Source: a virus. From it: 64,000 nucleotides of DNA. A program made the translations under genes and the position numbers. Below the pieces are notes generated by a model. That model made no database searches, was not told where the DNA came from, and saw only the letters and a list, made by a program, of their open reading frames with translations. Where the stretch lies: the IMG/VR virus record IMGVR_UViG_3300037312_000927. One strand, written 5' to 3'. Shown in pieces: positions 31,211 through 40,032 of the stretch (its first letter is position 1; the number at the start of each line of letters is the position of its first letter).

Positions 31211-31510
31211 ATGACTATTACTTCATTTCGTAAAGCTGAAGACGGTACTATAACCCGATTTTGTAGAGAGGGTAACCGTACCCGTGTACTTACCTTGAAA
31301 GGTCCTGATAAACTTACAGACGCTGTTAAGATTTGCAGAACCCCAGGGGCCATCTATTCAACCTCCGTCAATAAGGCAAACGATTCCACATTGGTGAATA
31401 CCTCAGTAAAGTTACCCGGAAACATAGTTATAAGTGAAAAGGACGCAATTGAAATAGAGAATAAAATGCATGATCTCCTTGAGACATTACTGGCCAAGCA
31501 TTTCAAATAG
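31211..31510 (+). CDS. Hypothetical protein
   Basis: GAGG SD, own promoter and terminator. Confidence 0.65.
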   Translation: MTITSFRKAEDGTITRFCREGNRTRVLTLKGPDKLTDAVKICRTPGAIYSTSVNKANDSTLVNTSVKLPGNIVISEKDAIEIENKMHDLLETLLAKHFK

Positions 31511-31517
31511 GACTTGA

Positions 31518-31546
31518 AATCCCCAGGACTAATTGGGGATTTTTTT
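31518..31546 (+). terminator. Intrinsic terminator
   Basis: AATCCCCA...TGGGGATT + T-tract. Confidence 0.7.
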
Positions 31547-31569
31547 AGATCAATTAGCTCATCCATAAT

Positions 31570-31577
31570 TGGTATAA
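31570..31577 (+). promoter_or_regulatory. Early promoter TGGTATAA
   Basis: Recurrent motif. Confidence 0.7.
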
Positions 31578-31606
31578 GTAAAGTATCTATAACCTAGGAG
31601 TTATTA

Positions 31607-31855
31607 ATGAAGTCTATTTCGGGATACGAAAAATTTGCCATCTTCATCGACAACGAAGCTACCGTTGAAGCGTACGTAAAGGACGCTCCTGCGGTTTTCG
31701 GTGGTCCAGCATCGACGAAACTTCAAAAATGGATGGATGGTGAAGAGCGTCTGGAGTTCTGGTATCCCCTCGACGAAGGTAACGCCGACCCTGTGATGAA
31801 ACCTGGGTACCTGGGTAAATTTCTGGGACCTAAAGCACGTGTTTTTCAAGGATAA
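31607..31855 (+). CDS. Hypothetical protein
   Basis: AGGAG SD. Confidence 0.7.
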   Translation: MKSISGYEKFAIFIDNEATVEAYVKDAPAVFGGPASTKLQKWMDGEERLEFWYPLDEGNADPVMKPGYLGKFLGPKARVFQG

Positions 31856-31859
31856 CAAA

Positions 31860-32348
31860 ATGACTGAAGAAGAAGTACGTAGCGTTTTCACCCTCGCAGG
31901 TATCAATGTCGTCAAGCTGTGGAAAACTGATAACCAATATCAGGGAAGTTCGTACCGGACCAACCCTGACATTCCACCGTGGTGGCTAGTGCAGACGACG
32001 GTCGGCATTGTCGTAATCGGTTGGCGTAGCCGTGTTATCGAAATAGATTGGTCCGATACCGACATCTATTTCAACGATGAAAAGCCGATCACCAAAGACG
32101 AGGTGACCAAGACCAATACCTACGTCCACGCCTATGGTCTTACTAAAGCGGTCGAGTACCTCACGGCCCTTCGGAAGGAATTTTCCTCAGTGAGTCCTTA
32201 TACTTATAGAGGTGAACGGCCTGAGGTAAAGCACGCAATATTTACCATGCGTGGGCTAGGACGACAGGCTCGTTTGAAAGTGATGCGTGAATTCTGCCAG
32301 GTCTGCGGAGAATACAAAGCAGAGCACGGTGAAATGTGCATTGAGTAA
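31860..32348 (+). CDS. Conserved-looking phage hypothetical protein
   Basis: WWLV-T--G---IGWR-RVI-IDW motif; ATG 31860 has AAGGA SD. Confidence 0.65.
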   Translation: MTEEEVRSVFTLAGINVVKLWKTDNQYQGSSYRTNPDIPPWWLVQTTVGIVVIGWRSRVIEIDWSDTDIYFNDEKPITKDEVTKTNTYVHAYGLTKAVEYLTALRKEFSSVSPYTYRGERPEVKHAIFTMRGLGRQARLKVMREFCQVCGEYKAEHGEMCIE

Positions 32349-32404
32349 TTCAAAGGTCCCTGATTCATTTCGGGGATTTTTTAGTTCAATAACTCAACTG
32401 TATT

Positions 32405-32412
32405 TGGTATAA
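32405..32412 (+). promoter_or_regulatory. Early promoter TGGTATAA
   Basis: Recurrent motif. Confidence 0.7.
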
Positions 32413-32441
32413 GAAAAGTATCTAAACATATTGAGGTTTTC

Positions 32442-32684
32442 ATGGCTACGACTGTTAATGGTGTTACTTACATCCCCTTCCGTATCTTCGTTAGTGGTAC
32501 CCAACACGAAATCTGGTTATCCGAAGCCACCCACGGGAGGGATCTAAGTTCTTGGTTTAGCGGAGATTACCCTCTGAGTGGATATCACATTGAACCGAAC
32601 GGCAGGCATACTCAGTTAGGTTATCGTATCACCTTGGGTAGGCACGTCGGTGCCTCAGCAGTCGTGTATTACCCTGAGGATTAA
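32442..32684 (+). CDS. Hypothetical protein
   Basis: GAGG SD. Confidence 0.65.
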   Translation: MATTVNGVTYIPFRIFVSGTQHEIWLSEATHGRDLSSWFSGDYPLSGYHIEPNGRHTQLGYRITLGRHVGASAVVYYPED

Positions 32685-32752
32685 CCCTCAATAACTACTG
32701 GTTAATTCTAGTAGTTTTTTAGCCATGAAAAATTCAATATTTTAGAGATCTT

Positions 32753-32760
32753 TGGTATAA
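32753..32760 (+). promoter_or_regulatory. Early promoter TGGTATAA of Ubl cassette
   Basis: Recurrent motif. Confidence 0.7.
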
Positions 32761-32845
32761 CAATATTGTAAGGGAATGCATATATTATGCTGACTCTTAC
32801 ACCCATCTTTTTACTAGTAAAACTTTAGCTAAGGAAACTAACCAT

Positions 32846-33271
32846 ATGACTACCGTCGCTCAAACCGTCCTGATCGTTACCTCGACCGACTCCGAATACA
32901 CCGTCCCGGGCGACATGACCGCTGCTCAGCTGGTCACCGCTTACTCGTCGCAGATCCCGGGCCTGTCGAGCATGACCTCGACCGAGCGCTATGAACAACG
33001 TGCCATCGGCCAAGTCCGCATCGTCACGTTCAGCCCCCGCACGGGCACCAAGGGTTCGACAGGTCCGGTTGCTCAGACCGTCCTGATCGTCACGTCGACG
33101 GACTCGGAATACACGGTTCCGGGCGATATGACGGCTGCCCAACTGGTGACGGCTTATTCGAGCCAGATCCCGGGCCTGTCGAGCATGACCTCGACCGAGC
33201 GTTATGAACAGCGTTCGATCGGCCAGGTCCGTATCGTCACCTTCAGCCCCCGCACGGGCACCAAAGGCTAA
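32846..33271 (+). CDS. Tandem di-ubiquitin-like protein (PRTRC protein C / Prok-Ub-like)
   Basis: Two 67-aa near-identical units each ending PRTGTKG; core MTAAQLVTAYSSQIPGL resembles PRTRC-C; adjacent E2, JAB, E1. Confidence 0.85.
   Translation: MTTVAQTVLIVTSTDSEYTVPGDMTAAQLVTAYSSQIPGLSSMTSTERYEQRAIGQVRIVTFSPRTGTKGSTGPVAQTVLIVTSTDSEYTVPGDMTAAQLVTAYSSQIPGLSSMTSTERYEQRSIGQVRIVTFSPRTGTKG
32855..33268 (+). repeat. 201-nt tandem duplication (32855-33055 / 33068-33268)
   Basis: About 23 synonymous and 1 non-synonymous codon differences by manual alignment. Confidence 0.9.
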
Positions 33272-33287
33272 TCAGCCTTAAGTAGTG

Positions 33288-33320
33288 AAACAGCCAGGTT
33301 TCAACTTGGCTGTTTTTTTT
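33288..33320 (+). terminator. Intrinsic terminator after Ubl gene
   Basis: AAACAGCCAGG...CTTGGCTGTTT + T-tract. Confidence 0.75.
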
Positions 33321-33345
33321 AGTTAACGTAACTTAGGGGAACACT

Positions 33346-34251
33346 ATGCAGAAAACACGAAGAGTGAACATCCTCAGTGGACTGACTCGTATCGTGGGTG
33401 AGATCCAGGCAGGCGTGAATAAGAAGTTTCAAGACTTCTATTTGAAATGTCTGCTTCAGCTCGGTTTGGTGACAAAGACGTTTAGCTATGATTTTGTGAT
33501 AGGGAATAATGGTTCCAGCTCCCATCGTAGATCGTTGAACAAACTCACCGGTCTCATTACAAAACAACTTCTGAAACTGAACCCGGCCGCAAACTTCGTG
33601 ACAGGGTCGTTTATTGATGGTAAACCCTCTGATCAATTTAAGATCAGTATCGGTGATACGGGATGGGTAAAGGATTACCCGTCATGGCGTCATGATAAGT
33701 TCGAGAAAATGAAGGCGAAGTTTCCGGAACTGTATGGTGACGCTCAAATAAACCATTTGTCTCTCGTTCACGGAACTTCCTTCGTAGAAATGTGGGCTCG
33801 TCTGAGCGACAAGTTCGGATGGGCGTATCGTTACTGCTCGTATCTAAACTATATGCTCAGAAAGCATTCAATCCCCCTACAAGCCAGTGTAGTGATCTCA
33901 GCGGATTCTGACTCTACCACGGACGAAAACGGGGTCAGGGTGCATCTATATAAACTCAATGCAACTATCATCTTCACTACAATGCAGTGGAGATGCAGGG
34001 ATTCCGACTCGGTAGCTCGGTATCGAGAAGTGCTCAACGGTGCGGAAGATGATTCACTTTTCTCAAATGATAACCTCTGGACTTCGGTTAATTTGCCCAA
34101 CAGCATTCGCCCAGGTTCGAGCAATTTCATCTATCGGAAGTTCCACATCAGTAAGGTGTTCATGCACCTGGATAAATCCCTGAAGATTTTGGAAACCTTA
34201 CTTAGGAAGGCAGATTATGGTGTTGGAGCATATACTCTCAGAGCTGAATAA
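33346..34251 (+). CDS. Uncharacterised protein inside Ubl cassette
   Basis: 301 aa, AGGGG SD; no motif recognised. Confidence 0.7.
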   Translation: MQKTRRVNILSGLTRIVGEIQAGVNKKFQDFYLKCLLQLGLVTKTFSYDFVIGNNGSSSHRRSLNKLTGLITKQLLKLNPAANFVTGSFIDGKPSDQFKISIGDTGWVKDYPSWRHDKFEKMKAKFPELYGDAQINHLSLVHGTSFVEMWARLSDKFGWAYRYCSYLNYMLRKHSIPLQASVVISADSDSTTDENGVRVHLYKLNATIIFTTMQWRCRDSDSVARYREVLNGAEDDSLFSNDNLWTSVNLPNSIRPGSSNFIYRKFHISKVFMHLDKSLKILETLLRKADYGVGAYTLRAE

Positions 34252-34480
34252 TTCGGTTTCCATCTCGGAACCTTATGAAAAGCTGTACAATCGGCACATC
34301 GCATTGGGACCCATTGTGGACGAGGAAAGCCTCGATGACCTAATCGATTTTGCCTGTGAGGCCCTGAATTTTAAAGGGTCAGATAATCTCCCCATTGTTG
34401 ATCTGAAGCTCATTGGGGTTCAGATCAAAGTTGCAAGAACTTTCATTAACACTGATTCTGAAGAGGACTTTTTCATATGA
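34217..34480 (+). CDS. Small acidic protein inside Ubl cassette
   Basis: AGGAAGG SD; ATGA-coupled to E2. Confidence 0.6.
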   Translation: MVLEHILSELNNSVSISEPYEKLYNRHIALGPIVDEESLDDLIDFACEALNFKGSDNLPIVDLKLIGVQIKVARTFINTDSEEDFFI

Positions 34481-35337
34481 ACGAAACCGAAACTATGGAA
34501 GCAGTTCAGCTTACCCCAATCGTCCAGGAAACTGAACCGGCAGCCGCTCCAGCAGTCCCGACTTTCGAACAAGCCGTGGAGGCTCAAGCCGGAGGTGCCT
34601 CTACGGTCGATGTTCTGAAACTGGAACTATTCAAAGACTACGCTGAAATCGACATGGGCAACAAGATCAAGAAGCAGATCTCCCATGAGACGCTACGAGA
34701 CATACTGAACAAAACCCTGAACACGGCTCAGCCCCAATCGGAAACGATTAAAGGTATGCTGATGCCGAGTAATGTGTTCTTCATGAGTCAGACGGCTAAC
34801 CGCCTCCATTTCAATACGTATTATTCCGGTGGTAAACGTAATATGTTGTACGGTGAACGCAAGATGGAAATCATGGCGCCGAACATCATCATCTCGTTTA
34901 CCCTCCGTAAGGATGGTTCGGACTGGATCATCGATTCTGAAGCTACGAAATACTTCTGTACCGATCTTCCGCTGAACAAACTGCCGAAGGACTTCATCAA
35001 CCAGATCAGTCATAAAGATGGTATCTATCTTCTTCCGATGAGTAACACCTATGACGAAGGTAAGATGTGCTACGGCAGTAACTCGATGCCTGCACGTTTT
35101 AAGGATAACAACTTCCGTGGCCTGGACTGGTATTTCCGCTATCTGTGGGAGACGCCGTTCAACAGCGATCTGGGCATTCGTGCGGTAGGTTCGATCGGAG
35201 TCAGTGATTGGTACGATCTTCTGGCTCGTACGGCTAAGGATAATAAGACCTTCCCGTACCGTGATCTGCGTGGCTGGAGAGAGATTGATGGTGCCATCCC
35301 TAGCACCTCAGAACTCGGCCGTGGCCGTGATCGCTAA
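34477..35337 (+). CDS. Prokaryotic E2-like conjugating enzyme (PRTRC protein B / E2 family D-like)
   Basis: LPMSNTYDEGKMCYG with candidate catalytic Cys, followed by LWETPFNSDL. Confidence 0.8.
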   Translation: MNETETMEAVQLTPIVQETEPAAAPAVPTFEQAVEAQAGGASTVDVLKLELFKDYAEIDMGNKIKKQISHETLRDILNKTLNTAQPQSETIKGMLMPSNVFFMSQTANRLHFNTYYSGGKRNMLYGERKMEIMAPNIIISFTLRKDGSDWIIDSEATKYFCTDLPLNKLPKDFINQISHKDGIYLLPMSNTYDEGKMCYGSNSMPARFKDNNFRGLDWYFRYLWETPFNSDLGIRAVGSIGVSDWYDLLARTAKDNKTFPYRDLRGWREIDGAIPSTSELGRGRDR

Positions 35338-35353
35338 ATAAAACGTAGTATTT

Positions 35354-35361
35354 TGGTATAA
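35354..35361 (+). promoter_or_regulatory. Early promoter TGGTATAA for JAB-E1
   Basis: Recurrent motif. Confidence 0.7.
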
Positions 35362-35419
35362 GAGCTAGGAGATGACCTCTCCTAGTTAATTTTAGTTAAC
35401 CCTTTATTTTGGAAAAATT

Positions 35420-36745
35420 ATGCACATTTTAGCACCTTCGATGAGCTGCATCTGCTTCCCTGGCGAAGTGCAAGACGCTATGGCACAAGGTTACAAACAA
35501 ATCTACGTTGCCACGACGCAAGGCATCTTCAAACATCACATCCTTCGTGGCGAGGGTCGCTATGTCCGTGTGAAGGTCGATAAAATCCCGGGCTACGAAG
35601 AGCCGAAGATCGAAGAAGCCATGAACTTCCTGCCGGCTGGTAAGGTCCCGTACGAACTGTACGAGCAAATTCTGGCCTTCTTCAAGAAAGTCATGGAAGT
35701 GAACACCTCGGAAGTCGAGGCAATGATTCACGTGCTGTACAATCCTGAGCAAGGTTATCACCTGGGCGTTCCTCCTCAGAAAATCAGCAAGGCAAGCGTA
35801 AGCTATGACTGGAACTACGTTCCGGCTGGCACGAGTATCGTGGTTGACATTCACAGCCACAATACGATGGGAGCCTTCTTCAGCGGCACCGACAACCGTG
35901 ACGATGCCCACAACATTTCGTACTCGGGTGTCTTCGGGAAGCTGAAAGATGCGGAACCTATGACTGTGTGGCGTTTCAACTACATGGACAAGAAATACGA
36001 GGCGAAAGCGTCCGATATTTTTGATACTCCCGCACGACCGGAAGTAGAGGTTCCTAAAGAATGGCTGGACAACGTTAAAGTGGAATCGTATCAATCCCAC
36101 TATAACGGAGGTTACAGTAACCGGGGAAACGTCGGAAAGTGGCAGGGTCACTCCGTGAGTGGTCCGAGCAATACTACCCTGACGAAGAACTCGTTACCAC
36201 AGGCAAAAAACGTAAGCCAAACCGTAAACAACAACGGAAAGGTAAATGAGGCTGTTTATTATCCCGGTCAAGATGAACTCGGGCTGGAAGGAGGTGGGTT
36301 CAACAGCTGGTCTGACGACGAGCTCGAAGACTACTTTCGTAACATTGGCCGGCGCGGTGTTTCTCATGCGTATGGAGTTAACGAAGCTCGGGGTATCATT
36401 CTTCCCGACGATGTTCCCGATCCGAATACTACCGTAACGGAAGATCCGGAGGCTGACACCTTGGGAAAGTCGAAGGGGGAGGGAGTGACCCCAAACAGCA
36501 TCATCTCCACTGATCCTGCTTACCTTGCCACGGCTGTCAAGTATGGTACTGACGTTGCTGATGCCTGGTATGATATCGGCAATTTGATGTGCAACCTCGA
36601 AGGTAAAGATGAACTTCTTAGTGAACTGATCCAAGATATGTTCGGTTTGACTTCCCCTTCCGAGCAACTCAAGGTTCTGCACTTGATGTACGATAACATG
36701 GATCCGGCCAGCCGGGAGAAGTTGGAAACCCAAGGGTTTGCTTAA
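35420..36745 (+). CDS. JAB/JAMM metallopeptidase (PRTRC protein A-like) with acidic C-terminal extension
   Basis: EVEAMIHV plus HSHNTMGAFFSGTD = E...HxHx7Sx2D JAMM motif. Confidence 0.88.
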   Translation: MHILAPSMSCICFPGEVQDAMAQGYKQIYVATTQGIFKHHILRGEGRYVRVKVDKIPGYEEPKIEEAMNFLPAGKVPYELYEQILAFFKKVMEVNTSEVEAMIHVLYNPEQGYHLGVPPQKISKASVSYDWNYVPAGTSIVVDIHSHNTMGAFFSGTDNRDDAHNISYSGVFGKLKDAEPMTVWRFNYMDKKYEAKASDIFDTPARPEVEVPKEWLDNVKVESYQSHYNGGYSNRGNVGKWQGHSVSGPSNTTLTKNSLPQAKNVSQTVNNNGKVNEAVYYPGQDELGLEGGGFNSWSDDELEDYFRNIGRRGVSHAYGVNEARGIILPDDVPDPNTTVTEDPEADTLGKSKGEGVTPNSIISTDPAYLATAVKYGTDVADAWYDIGNLMCNLEGKDELLSELIQDMFGLTSPSEQLKVLHLMYDNMDPASREKLETQGFA

Positions 36746-36795
36746 TAATCAATGTGAGGCGGGGTTCCCGCCCCGCTTCATTTGAAAGGATTTAA

Positions 36796-38154
36796 ATGTT
36801 TAGCTTTACCTCTAGCATAATTCCGAATAACGTCTTCGTTATCGGTGCGGGTGGAACAGGTGGTCGCTTGATCCCCTTGCTCAGCCAGTTCATGCGAAGC
36901 ATTACTCGTGGGGTGAGCCCTATGGGTTGGCTGGAATCTCCTAGAATCTGGCTGATCGATGACGACGTTGTGGAGCAGAAGAACTTGCTTCGTCAAAACT
37001 TCATTGACCGTGACGTCGGCAAGTACAAGGCTGCAGTTCTGGCCGAACGTTACACTCGGGCTTACAACGTTCCGGTGATCCCGATCATTCGTCGTATCGA
37101 AACGGGTTCGGCCCAAGAGTTCTACAAAGATGTGAACGACAACCTGTTCGTCATGAACGGTAACATCGACACGGTGAAGTTTAACAACATCATCGGCAGC
37201 AGTGTCGTCATCATCTGCGTCGACTCGGTCGAAGCACGTCGAGATATCCTGAACGTGTTTGTCACCGGCGATCAGCCTAATAAGACTATCTTCATCGATG
37301 CTGGTAACGAAGATAGTTTCGGCCAGGTGAGTTTCTTCACCTCATCGATTCTGCTTAGCCACAAGACGACCAGTGCAGCCCAGGAAATTCCGAAGCTGTG
37401 TCCGGTGTCAGCTGACGTTGATTTCATCCCGATCGACGTGGACTACTACCGGGGCCTGGTGGACACGCCGGCTCAAGGTAGCTGTGCGGATCTGAATCAA
37501 ACCCTGGCGATCAATGCTATCATGGCAACGACGATTATGGGCGTGGTGCAGAACTGCTTCTACCGTAAGCCTATGACCTATAACAAGGTCAGTATCAGTC
37601 TGGACGGGGGTAATCACACGACGTACAACACGTTCAACAATCTCAACAATGCCGGCATCTCTAAAGAGACCTGGCATAATGGGCGTAACGGGAGTCTGTA
37701 TTCCGAAGAACGTGAAGGTCGTCGGAAGTGTCTGGGGTTCGTCGGTCGAGCTCAGACACACGAGGCACGTGATCTGCGACAGACTCTTCTGGATAAGATG
37801 GAAGAGATCAATCGTCAGGCTGAACTGGCACGCCGTAAGGCTGCTGAGGAAGCTGAACGGGCAGCAGAGCAAGCTCGTATCAAGATCGTTGCCGATCGTA
37901 AGCGTGAAGAGATCCGTCGTATGGTAGAGGCGGCTCGTCAAGCACGGGAGACTCCGGTTGCCCCGACCTTGGCTGATGCAGTAGCGGTTGTGGCTAGTGC
38001 GGCAAGTGTTGTTGAGGTCCCGGCAGCTCCTCCTCCGCTGACTCCGGTTCGTCAACGTACCCGCCGAGTTGTAGAACTTGCTTTACCTCCCGCTGATGCA
38101 TATGTGGAGGGTGACGAGGACGACAACGAAGTGGATGAAGACGATCCTTATTAA
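36796..38154 (+). CDS. ThiF/E1-like activating enzyme (PRTRC ThiF-like) with coiled-coil/acidic tail
   Basis: VIGAGGTGG, IDDDVVEQKNLLRQNF, DVGKYKA, ICVDS--AR, IDAGN, GSCA-LNQTLAIN. Confidence 0.9.
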   Translation: MFSFTSSIIPNNVFVIGAGGTGGRLIPLLSQFMRSITRGVSPMGWLESPRIWLIDDDVVEQKNLLRQNFIDRDVGKYKAAVLAERYTRAYNVPVIPIIRRIETGSAQEFYKDVNDNLFVMNGNIDTVKFNNIIGSSVVIICVDSVEARRDILNVFVTGDQPNKTIFIDAGNEDSFGQVSFFTSSILLSHKTTSAAQEIPKLCPVSADVDFIPIDVDYYRGLVDTPAQGSCADLNQTLAINAIMATTIMGVVQNCFYRKPMTYNKVSISLDGGNHTTYNTFNNLNNAGISKETWHNGRNGSLYSEEREGRRKCLGFVGRAQTHEARDLRQTLLDKMEEINRQAELARRKAAEEAERAAEQARIKIVADRKREEIRRMVEAARQARETPVAPTLADAVAVVASAASVVEVPAAPPPLTPVRQRTRRVVELALPPADAYVEGDEDDNEVDEDDPY

Positions 38155-38156
38155 TG

Positions 38157-38189
38157 AAAAACCCAGGTTTCTATGCCTGGGTTTTTTTT
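38157..38189 (+). terminator. Intrinsic terminator closing Ubl cassette (possibly bidirectional)
   Basis: AAAACCCAGG...CCTGGGTTTT + T-tract. Confidence 0.75.
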
Positions 38190-38193
38190 AGCT

Positions 38194-38601
38194 TTACGAA
38201 GTCCGTTCTCGACTTGCAGTAGTCAAATTTTCCACTACATCAAAACTTGCTAAAGGAGTACCGTCTTGTCTAATCATATCCAACTTACCAAGTTGTTTAT
38301 CCCAAATCCAGCTGCCTAAGGCTTCATCTTCAAGATTTTTAAGAGAAGAATATATGCTCTTAGTAACCACTTCGATAAACGCTACTAAGTTATTGTTAAA
38401 GATGACACATTGACGACCTGTTATAGTAGGGTTGTATGTGACAATATAAATACCTGGGGTTGAAGATTCTACTACCGTAGTAGTAGCACTATCTACTACA
38501 GTGCCGTTATTAAGAACTGTTAACCCTGGATTAACCAATCCTGGATCGGCTTGGAAGTAGAGTTTTATAGTTTCGTTTATGGTTGCACTTGTATTAATCA
38601 T
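38194..38601 (-). CDS. Hypothetical (probable virion) protein
   Basis: Beta-rich; coupled in minus-strand operon. Confidence 0.55.
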   Translation of the reverse strand: MINTSATINETIKLYFQADPGLVNPGLTVLNNGTVVDSATTTVVESSTPGIYIVTYNPTITGRQCVIFNNNLVAFIEVVTKSIYSSLKNLEDEALGSWIWDKQLGKLDMIRQDGTPLASFDVVENLTTASRERTS

Positions 38602-39131
38602 AACTCGTCCATGTATTTGACGTATATTTCAATAGCCTTACGCTTATCATCTGTTTCTTGAGGAGTTTGACCCGGGACTAATGCATTAGCTGGCACAAAC
38701 GTAAAGGGATATACTGGCTCTGAATAACCTTCTTCTCTAAGTAGATAGGTTACGACCTCTACGATATCACTATTAGGTTCATTGAAACTACCTTTAGGCA
38801 CTTCCAAATTCTTAGACTCTTCAATGGCATAGGCCAATTCAAGGCTAGTAGGCAGTGGCAGGAACTCAAAGTCAGCGACCTTGTTATTCATTACATCTAC
38901 TGCGTGAAGAAAGAATGCCATATCACTATACAGAAGTTCAGGATCCTTTTCGATAGCCTGCAGCAAAGAGATCTTGTCACGGGTTAGTTCATCTAGAACG
39001 AGGCCTAACTCCAGGCTGATAGTTTCAAGTTCCCAATCCTTCCACATACCCGGCCCGAAGAGGCGATCAAGATTTCCCTTAATGTGGTGCAGGGGCGCAA
39101 GCCCCATGCTGTTATCTGAATCTTTAAACAT
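38598..39131 (-). CDS. Hypothetical protein
   Basis: Coupled in minus-strand operon. Confidence 0.6.
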   Translation of the reverse strand: MFKDSDNSMGLAPLHHIKGNLDRLFGPGMWKDWELETISLELGLVLDELTRDKISLLQAIEKDPELLYSDMAFFLHAVDVMNNKVADFEFLPLPTSLELAYAIEESKNLEVPKGSFNEPNSDIVEVVTYLLREEGYSEPVYPFTFVPANALVPGQTPQETDDKRKAIEIYVKYMDEL

Positions 39132-40032
39132 TTCTCACCAGGTTGGAAAGTACATGTTGCATGTCCAACGGGAGGGTCTCTACAACATTCTTGAAGTTCA
39201 TCGGCCCACTGTCCATCTCCTTAGCGATATCCGATCCTAGATAGCTAGCAATTTTGCTACGGCCAACACGTTCTAGGTTCTCGTAAGGAATTTGTTTACC
39301 TGCGACCTTAACCATCAAACTGCTCTTGTAAGCGGCTTCTTTAGTATGGAAAACTTCACGGTGGAAGTTATGACCTTTGAAATGTAGACCTGCTTGTTTA
39401 TCGAGTTGAGCAACAGTATCTGCCAGGAAACTTTGAAGATCCGAGGTCATATCGGAGTTGGCGTATTTTCGACCTATAACCGATGCGATCTTTACGAAGC
39501 TGTCGTCTTTTGTTTCATGATAACGTACTGCCAGAGATTTAACCGCAGCTTCTTTATCCAGATAGGCGTTACCACTATACAGTGTAACTTCTTCAGCTGG
39601 TTCAAGACCTTTTTCTTTAGCTTCCTTATAAAGTTCTTTGGCCTTAAGACTACGGTCAACAATAGTCATATCCCCATAAGATCCGCAAAAACTTGACTCT
39701 TTCAAGAGATAAGATTCAACAGAAGAGTTACTACGATTCATCTCCAGTTGAGATGCAGCTTTAATCATAGCTTCTGAAAGTTGTTCAACTTCGAACTTAA
39801 CCCCGTAGGCTTCGACAGCAGCGGCAACCTTTTCAATCTCAAATACATCTACAGGGCTATACGCCACTTTCTCGAAGTACTTAAGCTGAAGAGCCGTAGC
39901 GATGGTGCTGTCTCGGCTGTCCAAAGGCATTTCTTTGTCTACGCTTGCTTCTTTCACCAGAGGTAGGGCTTCTGGAACATATTCCAGGATTTGTTTTAAA
40001 GTATGTGCTAGCATTGTCATATTAACCACCAA
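39124..40032 (-). CDS. Probable head/virion protein rich in K-x-A motifs
   Basis: KEAS, KVAA, KAAS, KEAA, KIAS, KQAG; start codon uncertain. Confidence 0.55.
   Translation of the reverse strand: MVVNMTMLAHTLKQILEYVPEALPLVKEASVDKEMPLDSRDSTIATALQLKYFEKVAYSPVDVFEIEKVAAAVEAYGVKFEVEQLSEAMIKAASQLEMNRSNSSVESYLLKESSFCGSYGDMTIVDRSLKAKELYKEAKEKGLEPAEEVTLYSGNAYLDKEAAVKSLAVRYHETKDDSFVKIASVIGRKYANSDMTSDLQSFLADTVAQLDKQAGLHFKGHNFHREVFHTKEAAYKSSLMVKVAGKQIPYENLERVGRSKIASYLGSDIAKEMDSGPMNFKNVVETLPLDMQHVLSNLVRNV

Noticed and set aside
32825-38055. Long antisense ORFs (32825..33142, 35429..36151, 36194..36733, 37408..38055)
   Set aside because: Shadows of strongly codon-biased sense genes; no SD, promoter or motifs
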